A stretch of DNA of 64,000 nt from a virus, in the IMG/VR virus record IMGVR_UViG_3300020175_001039, positions 30,556 to 94,555 of that record. One strand, written 5' to 3'. A program made the translations under genes and the position numbers. The number at the start of each line of letters is the position of its first letter. The first letter of the stretch is position 1. Positions 47,703 through 57,299 of the stretch are shown here, piece by piece. The notes under the pieces are model-generated. The model was not told the origin of the DNA. It did no database searches and was given only the letters and a program-made list of their open reading frames with translations.

Positions 47703-48358
47703 TTAGATAATTTCCATTTATACATTAATTGTGCTAACTCAAATTCTTCCTCCGTATCAATATCTATATGTTCACTCATTGAGCACGTAAAGTAATCAAA
47801 TTTTCTAGGAATGGGATAACCATCGACTGCCTTTGTGTCACCTAGTGGTGCTAATATACCTGCCCATGGTAATTGATAAACTGGGTTAAGTTCTTGACTA
47901 TAGGCATGATAATGACCAGGCATAAAGTTAATACCTATTTTGTCATGATTCATATAAAAGTGTTTATGGGGGTGAACTACTAGTTGATTGTTTCCAGTTT
48001 CAGTATAACGTTGATACATCTCGTTATATCGATCAAATAGTGGAACCATAGTATTGCTATAGTTGACTAAGGTATCATCGCTCACTGGCAAACTTTCATA
48101 TATATGCTTCATAACAATTGGCCATGGTGGTCCATTTTGTTCATCACACAATTGTTCTTCACGTTGAATATAAGTAATATGATCTGTGTTTCTTACATCT
48201 GGGTCATTTGTACTAACATATACATGATCGGCGCCACTGCGAAGAAACTGTTCTAATTTAATGTCTACTAAAGTTTCACCATTATAAAATTCACGATGAT
48301 GTTTATTTGGACATCTACTACTGTACATCTTGTACATTGTCATTGCTACCCAGCTCAT
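47699..48358 (-). CDS. Acylneuraminate cytidylyltransferase-like (NeuA/PseF family)
   Basis: SSRCPNKH, VYVSTND, DIDTEEEF. Confidence 0.8.
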   Translation of the reverse strand: MSWVAMTMYKMYSSRCPNKHHREFYNGETLVDIKLEQFLRSGADHVYVSTNDPDVRNTDHITYIQREEQLCDEQNGPPWPIVMKHIYESLPVSDDTLVNYSNTMVPLFDRYNEMYQRYTETGNNQLVVHPHKHFYMNHDKIGINFMPGHYHAYSQELNPVYQLPWAGILAPLGDTKAVDGYPIPRKFDYFTCSMSEHIDIDTEEEFELAQLMYKWKLSK

Positions 48359-48359
48359 A

Positions 48360-49103
48360 TTACCACTCCTTAAAATCTTTTTCTATACTACCACTCGTCA
48401 GTGCTATTGTTGCTTCAATCTCATCACTAAATTGACGTAAAAGATTCCAATAATCAACTGAGTTTTTTTGCCATTCTATTTGACATTCCAAGTTTAATTT
48501 TCCAGCGCAAGAAAAGTTTAAATATTCAAAACGTTGTTCTGGTTCTCTACCTGCTCTGCTTATACCAAATTCTTCATCATAATCACCACCGTTAATTAAA
48601 CACTCAGAAAATACTTCTTGGGCAGTGTTTAATACTTTCATATTTTCCAATGGAATAAATGGGCTATCTCCATAGTGATTATACATAACAGGTATTTTAT
48701 TTTTTCTATGATACAGGTTAAGAACCCTAGCACTTCCATTGACTAATCGTAGATGCTTACGGTTATGGTTATATCTGACAATTGGCCTATACAATATATT
48801 GGGTATCTGTAAAATATATATCATATGTGTTGATCGTTCCAACATACCATACTTAGGACCAAATCTCAAAGAATGATCACAATTGGGGTCAAGTTGCTGA
48901 AATTCACGTATTGTTTTCTCATCACAGCTTCTCAATCTGTTCAGTGCTATTCTAAGTTGTTCACTCAACCCATTGACAATAAAATTATCTTCATAGTGCT
49001 TTGTAAAATCAGCACTGAATATTGCACCACCTTCACTGTGGACATCTCTCATCCATTTTTCAACTCTATCAAAGTTACCTTTCCATCCTGTTCTTCTAGG
49101 CAT
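48360..49103 (-). CDS. Hypothetical protein
   Basis: 247 aa. Confidence 0.6.
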   Translation of the reverse strand: MPRRTGWKGNFDRVEKWMRDVHSEGGAIFSADFTKHYEDNFIVNGLSEQLRIALNRLRSCDEKTIREFQQLDPNCDHSLRFGPKYGMLERSTHMIYILQIPNILYRPIVRYNHNRKHLRLVNGSARVLNLYHRKNKIPVMYNHYGDSPFIPLENMKVLNTAQEVFSECLINGGDYDEEFGISRAGREPEQRFEYLNFSCAGKLNLECQIEWQKNSVDYWNLLRQFSDEIEATIALTSGSIEKDFKEW

Positions 49104-49650
49104 TATAAAATTCCTTTGCTATATTAATGTGCCAATCTTTTCCCGGGTGCATTCCATCACTGCCTAATGGGTACTTGTGAAATGGGAATTTTTCCATATC
49201 AAGTTGATAAAGTTCAACACCTTTCCATCCACAATATGCTTCAAGCATAGTTTTGTTTTTGATATAGTTATAGTTGTCAAATTTTTCATTCCCTAACATT
49301 ACCATACTCTTGTGCCAGAACTTGTTTTGGTTTGGTTTATGCGTTGGATTAAATCTCAGTGGTTGATTATTTTCATCAATAAATTCTCTACGTTCTTTTA
49401 ATGTCCATAGTACATAAATTCTATTTGGTGAGTATTGATTAATATATTCAATAGCAAGTCTACATATACGATCATTACTGCTTCCTGGTTGTCCACCATT
49501 ATACAAATTTAATAGGTTACACCAATCCTGACCTATCTCTACGCCCTCACCCCAAGTAGCACTACATCCAAACCCTGCGTCAGCACCAAGTCTATTTGGA
49601 TACTTTGGATCAAAAAATAATTCATTATTGTTTGTTTTATTAAAAAACAT
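49096..49650 (-). CDS. SGNH/GDSL-like hydrolase/acyltransferase
   Basis: FGCSATWGEG, GSSNDRI, DGMHPG. Confidence 0.7.
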   Translation of the reverse strand: MFFNKTNNNELFFDPKYPNRLGADAGFGCSATWGEGVEIGQDWCNLLNLYNGGQPGSSNDRICRLAIEYINQYSPNRIYVLWTLKERREFIDENNQPLRFNPTHKPNQNKFWHKSMVMLGNEKFDNYNYIKNKTMLEAYCGWKGVELYQLDMEKFPFHKYPLGSDGMHPGKDWHINIAKEFYNA

Positions 49651-50197
49651 TTATTAACTCCTTTGCTACAATTTTATTACCTTGTAAAGTCATATGATTC
49701 TGCCACCGCTCACCCTTGTTACTATTATATATATTACTCATATTTATGATATTATATTTTTTTGCCAATTTTGGAAAGAAAGTAATATGTGTGCTATTTG
49801 GTATGCTACGACAATCCTCTAATATTTTTTCATACTGATAAACAAAGTATTCGTCATCCCATATTTTTTCTAATACTTCAACAAACTCGTCTGCTTTATC
49901 ATTAACATCCCCAAACAGTATATCACAGTATCTATGCGTATCAATAAGTCTACTTTTCATACTTTTTACACTGTCCTTTAAGAATACTCTACTGTAGTGT
50001 GTATGACAAAAAATAACTCGGTCATCTTGTGAAATTACGTGCCTATTCTCTTGATAAGATCGCCATATTCTATATTCACTACTACCCCTACTACCAAATG
50101 TTTTACCACTGATATAATCAGGCCATCCGCTCTGCCATGCGCTAAAACTATCCCCAAAAATGTAAATCATAAATTCTCCATGATAATTTCTGCCCAA
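49640..50197 (-). CDS. SGNH/GDSL-like protein
   Basis: IFGDSF, GSS, NHMT.QGN. Confidence 0.7.
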   Translation of the reverse strand: MGRNYHGEFMIYIFGDSFSAWQSGWPDYISGKTFGSRGSSEYRIWRSYQENRHVISQDDRVIFCHTHYSRVFLKDSVKSMKSRLIDTHRYCDILFGDVNDKADEFVEVLEKIWDDEYFVYQYEKILEDCRSIPNSTHITFFPKLAKKYNIINMSNIYNSNKGERWQNHMTLQGNKIVAKELINVF

Positions 50198-50838
50198 GGA
50201 GTATGTACTGATCCTGTAAAGTGCCCGGGGTCTAGCCTACCATCTTCAAGTTTACCAAATTTTTGTTCTTTGGGAATATCAAGACTATGTGCATAATCTT
50301 TAAAACTTTTGTTATATATATTTTCTGTTTTAATATTACATAAATCTTTCATATAACCCAAATTGGTTTCTGGATAATAGATAGGTTCATCTATAAAAGC
50401 AAAATATCTACAAGGCAACTTTGACAAATAATTGTCAAGCATGAGATATTGTTGATGCCAATGTAGACTATCATTAACTTCATTTGTTATCGTGCTCTTG
50501 TAAAACTTTAATCCATAAATGAAGTCGTCTTCATTTTTATTTTGTAAACTCAATTGTGTCATGCCAACATAGTTAATAATTTTATGCGCTGCATCTCTTA
50601 CATCCACATGCTGCGTCTTACTTGCTTTAGCTGGAATTTGAATTACAACGACATCATCACTGCTGATGTTTTCAAATTCAATCAACAGTCTCATGATAAC
50701 ATAATTTATAGATGCACCTGCGGTGGCAAAGTCGTGTCTTTCTAAATTTAGTTTTTGGGAGATTATATCACTGTATACAATACCATCACCATTCCAACCA
50801 ATAGCATGACTGCCGCCAAAGTTAAGTAAACTTGCCAT
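50167..50838 (-). CDS. SGNH/GDSL-like protein
   Basis: FGGSHAIG, GAS, DPGHF. Confidence 0.6.
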   Translation of the reverse strand: MASLLNFGGSHAIGWNGDGIVYSDIISQKLNLERHDFATAGASINYVIMRLLIEFENISSDDVVVIQIPAKASKTQHVDVRDAAHKIINYVGMTQLSLQNKNEDDFIYGLKFYKSTITNEVNDSLHWHQQYLMLDNYLSKLPCRYFAFIDEPIYYPETNLGYMKDLCNIKTENIYNKSFKDYAHSLDIPKEQKFGKLEDGRLDPGHFTGSVHTPWAEIIMENL

Positions 50839-50851
50839 AAATATATTTATG
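50836..50851. promoter_or_regulatory. Perfect 16-bp palindrome; candidate bidirectional late promoter
   Basis: CATAAATATATTTATG is its own reverse complement and contains both divergent start codons. Confidence 0.65.
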
Positions 50852-50971
50852 AGGAATTATATTAACATATTATTCAATCCGTTTAGATTTATCAATGAGT
50901 GGAAACGTAAACGTAGATTTAGAAAAAAGGTTCAAGAGATGATGGATGAAGACCCATTCATTTATGATTGA
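50849..50971 (+). CDS. DPxIY micro-protein 3 (40 aa, plus strand)
   Basis: MRNYINILFNPFRFINEWKRKRRFRKKVQEMMDEDPFIYD. Confidence 0.75.
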   Translation: MRNYINILFNPFRFINEWKRKRRFRKKVQEMMDEDPFIYD

Positions 50972-51656
50972 TCCACTCTAGTACTTGTTCATAATTTTCT
51001 ATACTATCACTGTAATTTCCGCGCTTGACAATCTTTACGGTTAAATTTTCTACTGGACTTTTAGCAAGCATCGGAAACAGCATTTGATCTTTAGTTGGAT
51101 CACCAGATAAATCTTCATAGTATATTGTTTGATCAAAATCCATGTCAGTATAGTTTAATATCATATCACTATACTGTTGTATAGTTTTTAGATTATGTTC
51201 AGTTTCTTCACGTGTAGCAATGAATTTGTTTGGAAGACTATGCGGTATTATACTATTTCCATGTGCCACTTTAAAAGTGTTGTACATCTTACTATTTTTT
51301 GCTATCAACAGACTAAGGGATGTTTCAATGATATCTTTTCTTATGATTTTAATTTTGTAAAAATCTCTATAACAATCATTTGGATCAAAGTTAACACCAT
51401 AATGCATTCCATAGTGCGTGAGATGATCTTTGGAAAATATATCAACATCGTTGTTTTTTAAAAAATCTAAATGGTATTGTGTCTTTTCAATGTCTTTCAT
51501 CTCTGCCAGTAACCTTAGATGTTCTTTAAAAACATTATAATACTTTTTACTGTACGTACCTATATCACGGCCCTTTTTTTCGTGATAACTTTTAAACAAC
51601 TGTGTAATATAACTTGTACCTGTACGTGGTTGGCCAAGCAACAAAATTTTACTCAT
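50958..51656 (-). CDS. Sulfotransferase-like (Stf0-type)
   Basis: GQPRTGTSY, IIRKD..ET..S, IYYEDL. Confidence 0.72.
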   Translation of the reverse strand: MSKILLLGQPRTGTSYITQLFKSYHEKKGRDIGTYSKKYYNVFKEHLRLLAEMKDIEKTQYHLDFLKNNDVDIFSKDHLTHYGMHYGVNFDPNDCYRDFYKIKIIRKDIIETSLSLLIAKNSKMYNTFKVAHGNSIIPHSLPNKFIATREETEHNLKTIQQYSDMILNYTDMDFDQTIYYEDLSGDPTKDQMLFPMLAKSPVENLTVKIVKRGNYSDSIENYEQVLEWINHK

Positions 51657-52290
51657 ATAATCTTGCCTTTACTTTCCCTAAAACTTCGTCGTAGTTTTTA
51701 ACTACACTGCGCTTATCCTTATTTGGTATAGTATTTATTTTTATATCTTTAGATTGAGTAATGTATTTTATCAACTGTTGATCTTTATTTGGATCAAGAG
51801 ACAAATCTTCATAATAAACAGTTTCATCAAACCAATTTTCTGGTATCATAGAAATACTGTCATAACCATAATTTATTTTATCAATCACACTATCTAAATG
51901 ATCAAGATCAATTGTTACAGAATCTGATACATCTAGTATAGTTCTGTGATACTTATTGGTAGTCTCTGCTATTGCCATACTTATAATTGCTTCGGTACGA
52001 TCTTTTCTTATAACTCTAATACGATAAAAATTTTCATAGAATTCAAAAAGGTCATTGCCTGTTTCATATTCATAAACACGAAACGTTTGAGCATGTTCTT
52101 TAATTAGCTCAGCAGAATGAAGTGTACCCATTGTATCATGGAAGTCACTGATGTTTCTAGTAGATATTGCATGTTTAAATGGTTCATTCAAACACTTACT
52201 GTCATTCAATTCAAGATAGTTTTGCAGTAAGTAATAAAGATAAGTTGTACCGCAACGATTGGTTCCGCAGATTAATATTTTATCTTTCAT
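51649..52290 (-). CDS. Sulfotransferase-like (Stf0-type), paralog of 50958-51656
   Basis: GTNRCGTTY, LNEPF, VIRKD..EA..S, VYYEDL, KNYDEV. Confidence 0.75.
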   Translation of the reverse strand: MKDKILICGTNRCGTTYLYYLLQNYLELNDSKCLNEPFKHAISTRNISDFHDTMGTLHSAELIKEHAQTFRVYEYETGNDLFEFYENFYRIRVIRKDRTEAIISMAIAETTNKYHRTILDVSDSVTIDLDHLDSVIDKINYGYDSISMIPENWFDETVYYEDLSLDPNKDQQLIKYITQSKDIKINTIPNKDKRSVVKNYDEVLGKVKARLYE

Positions 52291-53242
52291 TTAACTCGAC
52301 CCCAAGCAATTTGCTCTTTGCTATTACATAATAATCAGTTAGTGTCCAATTATCATGTTCGTCACTTACAACACCAAGTTGCGGAGGGCATCCATATCTA
52401 TGCTTTGGGTCTTTCCAATCTACATAATCACCAAGATCATGTCGTTCAATAAATTGACTAATTTTATTGTCATGGTGTTGAAATTCTTGTTCTGCTGTTA
52501 GTAGTTTATGTTGTCCAAAGTTACCATTGTGAACTAACAGTGCTTCACCACCAATGTCCATTTGTGGACTCAACATTTGATCTCTTACCACTTGTGGATC
52601 ATCATCAACCGCACAGTGTTGTAAGTTTTTTCCAATAGTAGCATATCCCAGCATTAACCTGACTTGCTTTTGTTTGGTGACAGCGGTTGGTTTAAACAAT
52701 AGACGCTGTTCATCAGTGATGGGATTTCGTAATCTTCCATCCCACTCACCAAAGTTTATCATTTTGTAACTATTGACACTAATATCACCAAATGTTTCTT
52801 TTCGAACTATTGTTTCAATACTATGGATAAGAAAATTTATTTTTTCAAATGCGGTAGTAATCTCTGGGAGTTGTTTTGGGGAAATACGTTCTAGGTGAAG
52901 TTTGTCTTCTGCTTTGTGAAATTCTTGGTGTAGATAATTTAATTCACTTTGCGTAATCTCTTTATACTCAGATGGCCACTGTAACTCAGGAACAAATTTT
53001 CTAGCACTATGAATATATCCTAGTATTTCATTATGTAGAAATTCTATGTTATCCATATTGGGAAAACTATAATGTAAATTTTCTTGATTGGGAGTAACAT
53101 CTGATTGACTTAATTTTCTTTTGATAACATCAATCCAACTCTGACATACTGACGTATCATGTATGTCAAAGGTGAGTGTATAATCTGTTTTCGTTTCATC
53201 ATTTGCCCAATATGTTACATATTGGGCTATTACATTAGTCAT
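52280..53242 (-). CDS. Hypothetical protein
   Basis: LNYLHQEF, INFLIHSIE, LGYATIGK. Confidence 0.65.
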   Translation of the reverse strand: MTNVIAQYVTYWANDETKTDYTLTFDIHDTSVCQSWIDVIKRKLSQSDVTPNQENLHYSFPNMDNIEFLHNEILGYIHSARKFVPELQWPSEYKEITQSELNYLHQEFHKAEDKLHLERISPKQLPEITTAFEKINFLIHSIETIVRKETFGDISVNSYKMINFGEWDGRLRNPITDEQRLLFKPTAVTKQKQVRLMLGYATIGKNLQHCAVDDDPQVVRDQMLSPQMDIGGEALLVHNGNFGQHKLLTAEQEFQHHDNKISQFIERHDLGDYVDWKDPKHRYGCPPQLGVVSDEHDNWTLTDYYVIAKSKLLGVELNER

Positions 53243-54878
53243 CTTTCTTTTTTCTCTCTAGCTGTTTTTTGCTTTTGTCTATTCCAGTTTTGAAGTTTGT
53301 TTCATCTTCTGGAGCATTAAACATCTTTCTGTATTCACGCATACACAGTTCATAGAACTCAGCATATTCTGGGAATACTTCGTGAAAATTTTTCCCACGA
53401 CGATTACTGTATTGTTTCATAAACAGTGCAAACTTAGCACGGTTAGCACGGATTTCTGGATTAAGAGTTAGTCCATCTTCGCCAACTTGCTTTGCTGCTA
53501 ACATCATGTTTACCACGTTTCGTTTTAGTTTTAGACTTTCGTGACTTTCAAATTTTTGTGTAATGTACCAATCGCCAGTTCCAGCATTATCATACATGAA
53601 TTCTAGAGCAGGCATCATATATTTCTTAATCATACTAACATCTAAGATATTGGCATCCAAGAATTGCGGGTGTCGTAAGTATGGAATATCAACTGCTACT
53701 CGATTGTGTACGTCCAGGTTGTGCTCTTTGCGTTCAGCATATGTCATTGATTCTTCATCAACATCAATGTATCCTTCTTCTTCTAACCATTTGAACCATC
53801 CTTGGTAACTGTAAGTTTGTTTCAAATATAAAACCCACTCTAAAAGCTCTTTGAAAGTACTTGCGCTCAATACGTTAAATGCACACATGAAAACAATTTT
53901 TGTACCTTTTGTATTTTTCAAGAACTTTTCGATATTAGTTACAAACAGGTCCCAATCCATTCCATCACGAATGAAGTCATTTTGTTTACCAGTCGCTTCT
54001 GCACTTGTATATAGTTCGAACTTCTTAACACATTTATTTGTTGTAAGTATGTTTACCTTTTCAATAAACTCATCCCAAATTTTACCAGGAGGACAGCCGT
54101 TACTATTAATAGCAAAGTTCAAGTTTGGGTTAGGATTTTCAATTAAAAAGTCAATAACCTTCATTGTGTCTTTAATTAGAAGAGGCTCGCCACCTGTAAT
54201 ACGGAAAGTATGCATATGCTTGTATGCCTCTGGGAACCATTCCCAGAATGCTTCAATGTATGGATTGTGTTCATTGTTTGGAATATGCTTTTCACTTTCC
54301 TTGATTGGATTAAAGAAATGATTGAAAATATTATAAGGACCATGTTGTTTAATTTCTTGCTCCCACTGACTACTAAAAGGTGGACCACAGTAAGCACACT
54401 TAAAGTTACATGTTCTATTAAAACTTACTTCAACATATGTTGGAAATACATCTTCATCACCATCCAGTTCACTAATTTTGTCATGATGTGGACTACTAAA
54501 TGTGGGTAAACTTTTAAGAACACGATCACTAAATTCGTTCGTGTTGTCTTCCACACGCCAACAAAAGTCACACTCACTGGGGCGTTTACCGCTTAACATT
54601 TCTTTACGCCGTGCTTTTTTGAATTTTGTATTATGCAGTGCGCTAGGATTTTCTTTTAATTCATCCAATGGGATGCTGTGTGCACCTGGGTGGTGACAAC
54701 TATGTGTAAGGCCGTTACCAAGATGCATTGTAACCTGTGTCCATTTTGCCAAACAGAAACCTTTTCCAGTTTGGTTTAATAGGTCGCGCATCTGATGACG
54801 GTTATTTTCTGTTAGTGCTATTTCGTCATCATTGACGCCTTCTTTGTCCCATGCATAGTCATTTATTTTTTTACTCAT
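53235..54878 (-). CDS. Radical SAM protein with N-terminal Twitch-like domain
   Basis: FCLAKW...SCHHP...CDFCW; CNFKCAYC; ITGGEPL. Confidence 0.9.
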   Translation of the reverse strand: MSKKINDYAWDKEGVNDDEIALTENNRHQMRDLLNQTGKGFCLAKWTQVTMHLGNGLTHSCHHPGAHSIPLDELKENPSALHNTKFKKARRKEMLSGKRPSECDFCWRVEDNTNEFSDRVLKSLPTFSSPHHDKISELDGDEDVFPTYVEVSFNRTCNFKCAYCGPPFSSQWEQEIKQHGPYNIFNHFFNPIKESEKHIPNNEHNPYIEAFWEWFPEAYKHMHTFRITGGEPLLIKDTMKVIDFLIENPNPNLNFAINSNGCPPGKIWDEFIEKVNILTTNKCVKKFELYTSAEATGKQNDFIRDGMDWDLFVTNIEKFLKNTKGTKIVFMCAFNVLSASTFKELLEWVLYLKQTYSYQGWFKWLEEEGYIDVDEESMTYAERKEHNLDVHNRVAVDIPYLRHPQFLDANILDVSMIKKYMMPALEFMYDNAGTGDWYITQKFESHESLKLKRNVVNMMLAAKQVGEDGLTLNPEIRANRAKFALFMKQYSNRRGKNFHEVFPEYAEFYELCMREYRKMFNAPEDETNFKTGIDKSKKQLERKKKDD

Positions 54879-54992
54879 TTAAAAATCCTAATAATTTATA
54901 AGTTCTTCTGGATCATCTTCTGCTGATTTAGCATGAAAGTCCCACTATCGAAGTTTCCACATCATTGCTTGTCCTCCGTCTTCAAAATTCCA

Positions 54993-55853
54993 TTATACAG
55001 CCATTGGCGCTTTAATACTGGGCATTGGATCATAGTCGCACAACACAAAGTCAGTAGCACGGCACCGCAGTAATGTTTCCAGGTCACAGAACACTGGCGA
55101 TGCTAGCTGTGGTAGATCATGTGGCTCACGTTCTAGTTGCTGGTTAACTTGTTCCATGTGGTTCTGATAAATGTGTGCATCACCAATGGTGTGTACAAAG
55201 TCACCCACTTCAAGATCGCAAATGTGTGCCAACATGTGTGTTAGCAAGGCGTAACTTGCAATATTAAATGGTACACCCAAGAACATGTCAGCACTGCGTT
55301 GATATAGTTGACAACTCAATTTACCGTTCATTACTCTAAACTGTGCCAGTGTATGGCAGGGAGGCAATGTCATTAATTCAAGCTCATTGGGGTTCCAAGC
55401 ACTGAGAATAATGCGTCGACTGTCTGGTTCATTTTTCAGCTGATGGATAATCTTTCTAATCTGGTCAAAGCCTTCGCTGTTGAAGTCACGCCATTGACTT
55501 CCGTACACAGGTCCTAGTTCTTTTACTAGGCTGTCATTACGATATCCTAGTGATTTACCTTGATTGTCAGCATTGGCAGTCCAGATAGTTCGTTTGTCCA
55601 CCAGGTGGTTTCGAGGTTGGCCAAATGTAAGTTCAGCAAGTCTGCGTTCGTCTGTTGAACCTTCCAGGAACCATAACAGTTCACCCACTACACTACGCCA
55701 TGCCAGTCTTTTTGTTGTAACTGCTGGAAATCCGTCACGTAGGTTAAATCGCATTTGATAACCAAACACACTGCGTGTGCCTACGCCTGTGCGATCACTT
55801 ACATCTTCACCATTGTTTAAAATATGCTCAAGAGCGTCTAAATATTGCTTCAT
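54993..55853 (-). CDS. thyA: Thymidylate synthase
   Basis: DRTGVGT, ELLWF, GPVYG.QWR, LPPCH, YQRSADMFLGVPFN. Confidence 0.97.
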   Translation of the reverse strand: MKQYLDALEHILNNGEDVSDRTGVGTRSVFGYQMRFNLRDGFPAVTTKRLAWRSVVGELLWFLEGSTDERRLAELTFGQPRNHLVDKRTIWTANADNQGKSLGYRNDSLVKELGPVYGSQWRDFNSEGFDQIRKIIHQLKNEPDSRRIILSAWNPNELELMTLPPCHTLAQFRVMNGKLSCQLYQRSADMFLGVPFNIASYALLTHMLAHICDLEVGDFVHTIGDAHIYQNHMEQVNQQLEREPHDLPQLASPVFCDLETLLRCRATDFVLCDYDPMPSIKAPMAV

Positions 55854-56329
55854 TTTTTAATCCATATTTCTATAGTCAGACTTTCAAGAGTGGTTGTTGA
55901 ATCCAATACGAAGTTATCAGTAATAACTTTGACCGGAAGAAATGTATCGCAATCATAGTCGCCATCAATGCGACTAATATGTAATTCTGAAATCATATCT
56001 AGTGTAGACAACAAAAATTCTGCGCCACCAATAATCCATTTTTCCTTATATGGTTTTAGATCTGATATTTGTTCACGAAACTCTTGGTAACCATATATAT
56101 TTGATGCACCAGGGGCAATCTCATTTGGCTGTGAAGTAACAACTACATTATGTCTAGACGGTAATGGATGGACTGGCAAACTTTCCCAAGTTTTTCTTCC
56201 CATGATAACCATTTGCCGTACAGTGCATTCCTTAAACCACTTTAAATCATCACTATTATGAGGCCAAGGCAAATCATTATTTTTGCCTATTCCCCAATTT
56301 TTGTCTGCTGCAAATATTGCCTTGATCAT
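55850..56329 (-). CDS. folA: Dihydrofolate reductase
   Basis: IGKNNDLPW, MGRKTWESL, IIGGA, DTF. Confidence 0.95.
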   Translation of the reverse strand: MIKAIFAADKNWGIGKNNDLPWPHNSDDLKWFKECTVRQMVIMGRKTWESLPVHPLPSRHNVVVTSQPNEIAPGASNIYGYQEFREQISDLKPYKEKWIIGGAEFLLSTLDMISELHISRIDGDYDCDTFLPVKVITDNFVLDSTTTLESLTIEIWIKK

Positions 56330-57297
56330 TCTAGAGTATCAATAACTTGATCTTCACGAACTTGTGCGCCCATGCGACTTGGGTTAGTGTACACTCTCTT
56401 GAAGAACTCGCTACCTTCTATACCAATATCTGCAATCTCTAGTTTTAGTTCTCGGCGAATGTCAACACCCAGTTCAACTGTTTTGGCTTTCAAGGGTTCT
56501 AGTCCCCAACGCATACCTGTTCGAGGACACATTTGGTCATCGCCAACAAATTGTGGAGCAACTGTTTCGTTAAAGAAATTCGTAAGCCAATCAAAGTTTC
56601 TGACTTCTTTCCAATCCCATTCTTCACGTGTAATGTTTGTCATATAACAGCCGAGGCGGGCGCCATAAATTGCCCAAATACCATTAGTTGTATTCTCGCC
56701 CACTGTCATCCAAGTAAGCAGACGCTGATAGTTCTTTTTGTGAATTTTTTTAATATCTCGAGGATCTACAACATCTCCGTCTACCAATCCCATTTTAACA
56801 CCTTCACGGAAACCGGCACGCCACGCCTGTAATGGGCTACCATTGTTCATAACATCACAATAGATGTTGTTCATCTGAACGTAATTGATATTCCAACAAA
56901 AATCTACCTGGGCACGTGGATTATCTGCTGGTGCATTTTCGTGTGTTTGCATACCATAAACTACGTCTTTGGGCCAGCATTTAATACCGCCGTTGCCGTA
57001 TACCAGTCCATTAATTATATTTTTGCCTGCCCAACTAATAACATCAGTATCACGAATTTTGTCCATGTCTATTTCAACACCAAAAAAGTCTTGCTTAACA
57101 ATATTATCTGCATCAATGGTAATGAACCGATCAGTTTCTGCCATATCTGCTGCGGCTTTATGTGCTGCATCACTACCAAATACACCATGGCTACGTTTAG
57201 CCCACGGACACTTATCTTGTAGATCAGCAAAGTTTTCATCAGCATTTGGTTCATCGTAGCTGATAAAAACAATATCAAATTCATTGATACTTTGCAT
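56326..57297 (-). CDS. GT-A glycosyltransferase-like
   Basis: FISYDEPNADENF, DADN, NGLVYGNGGIK, AWRAGFREG. Confidence 0.75.
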   Translation of the reverse strand: MQSINEFDIVFISYDEPNADENFADLQDKCPWAKRSHGVFGSDAAHKAAADMAETDRFITIDADNIVKQDFFGVEIDMDKIRDTDVISWAGKNIINGLVYGNGGIKCWPKDVVYGMQTHENAPADNPRAQVDFCWNINYVQMNNIYCDVMNNGSPLQAWRAGFREGVKMGLVDGDVVDPRDIKKIHKKNYQRLLTWMTVGENTTNGIWAIYGARLGCYMTNITREEWDWKEVRNFDWLTNFFNETVAPQFVGDDQMCPRTGMRWGLEPLKAKTVELGVDIRRELKLEIADIGIEGSEFFKRVYTNPSRMGAQVREDQVIDTLE

Positions 57298-57299
57298 GT

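Noticed and set aside
54888-54992. TAG stop-codon reassignment
   Set aside because: Conserved genes are uninterrupted in the standard code and some (e.g. queE) end at TAG at the expected position
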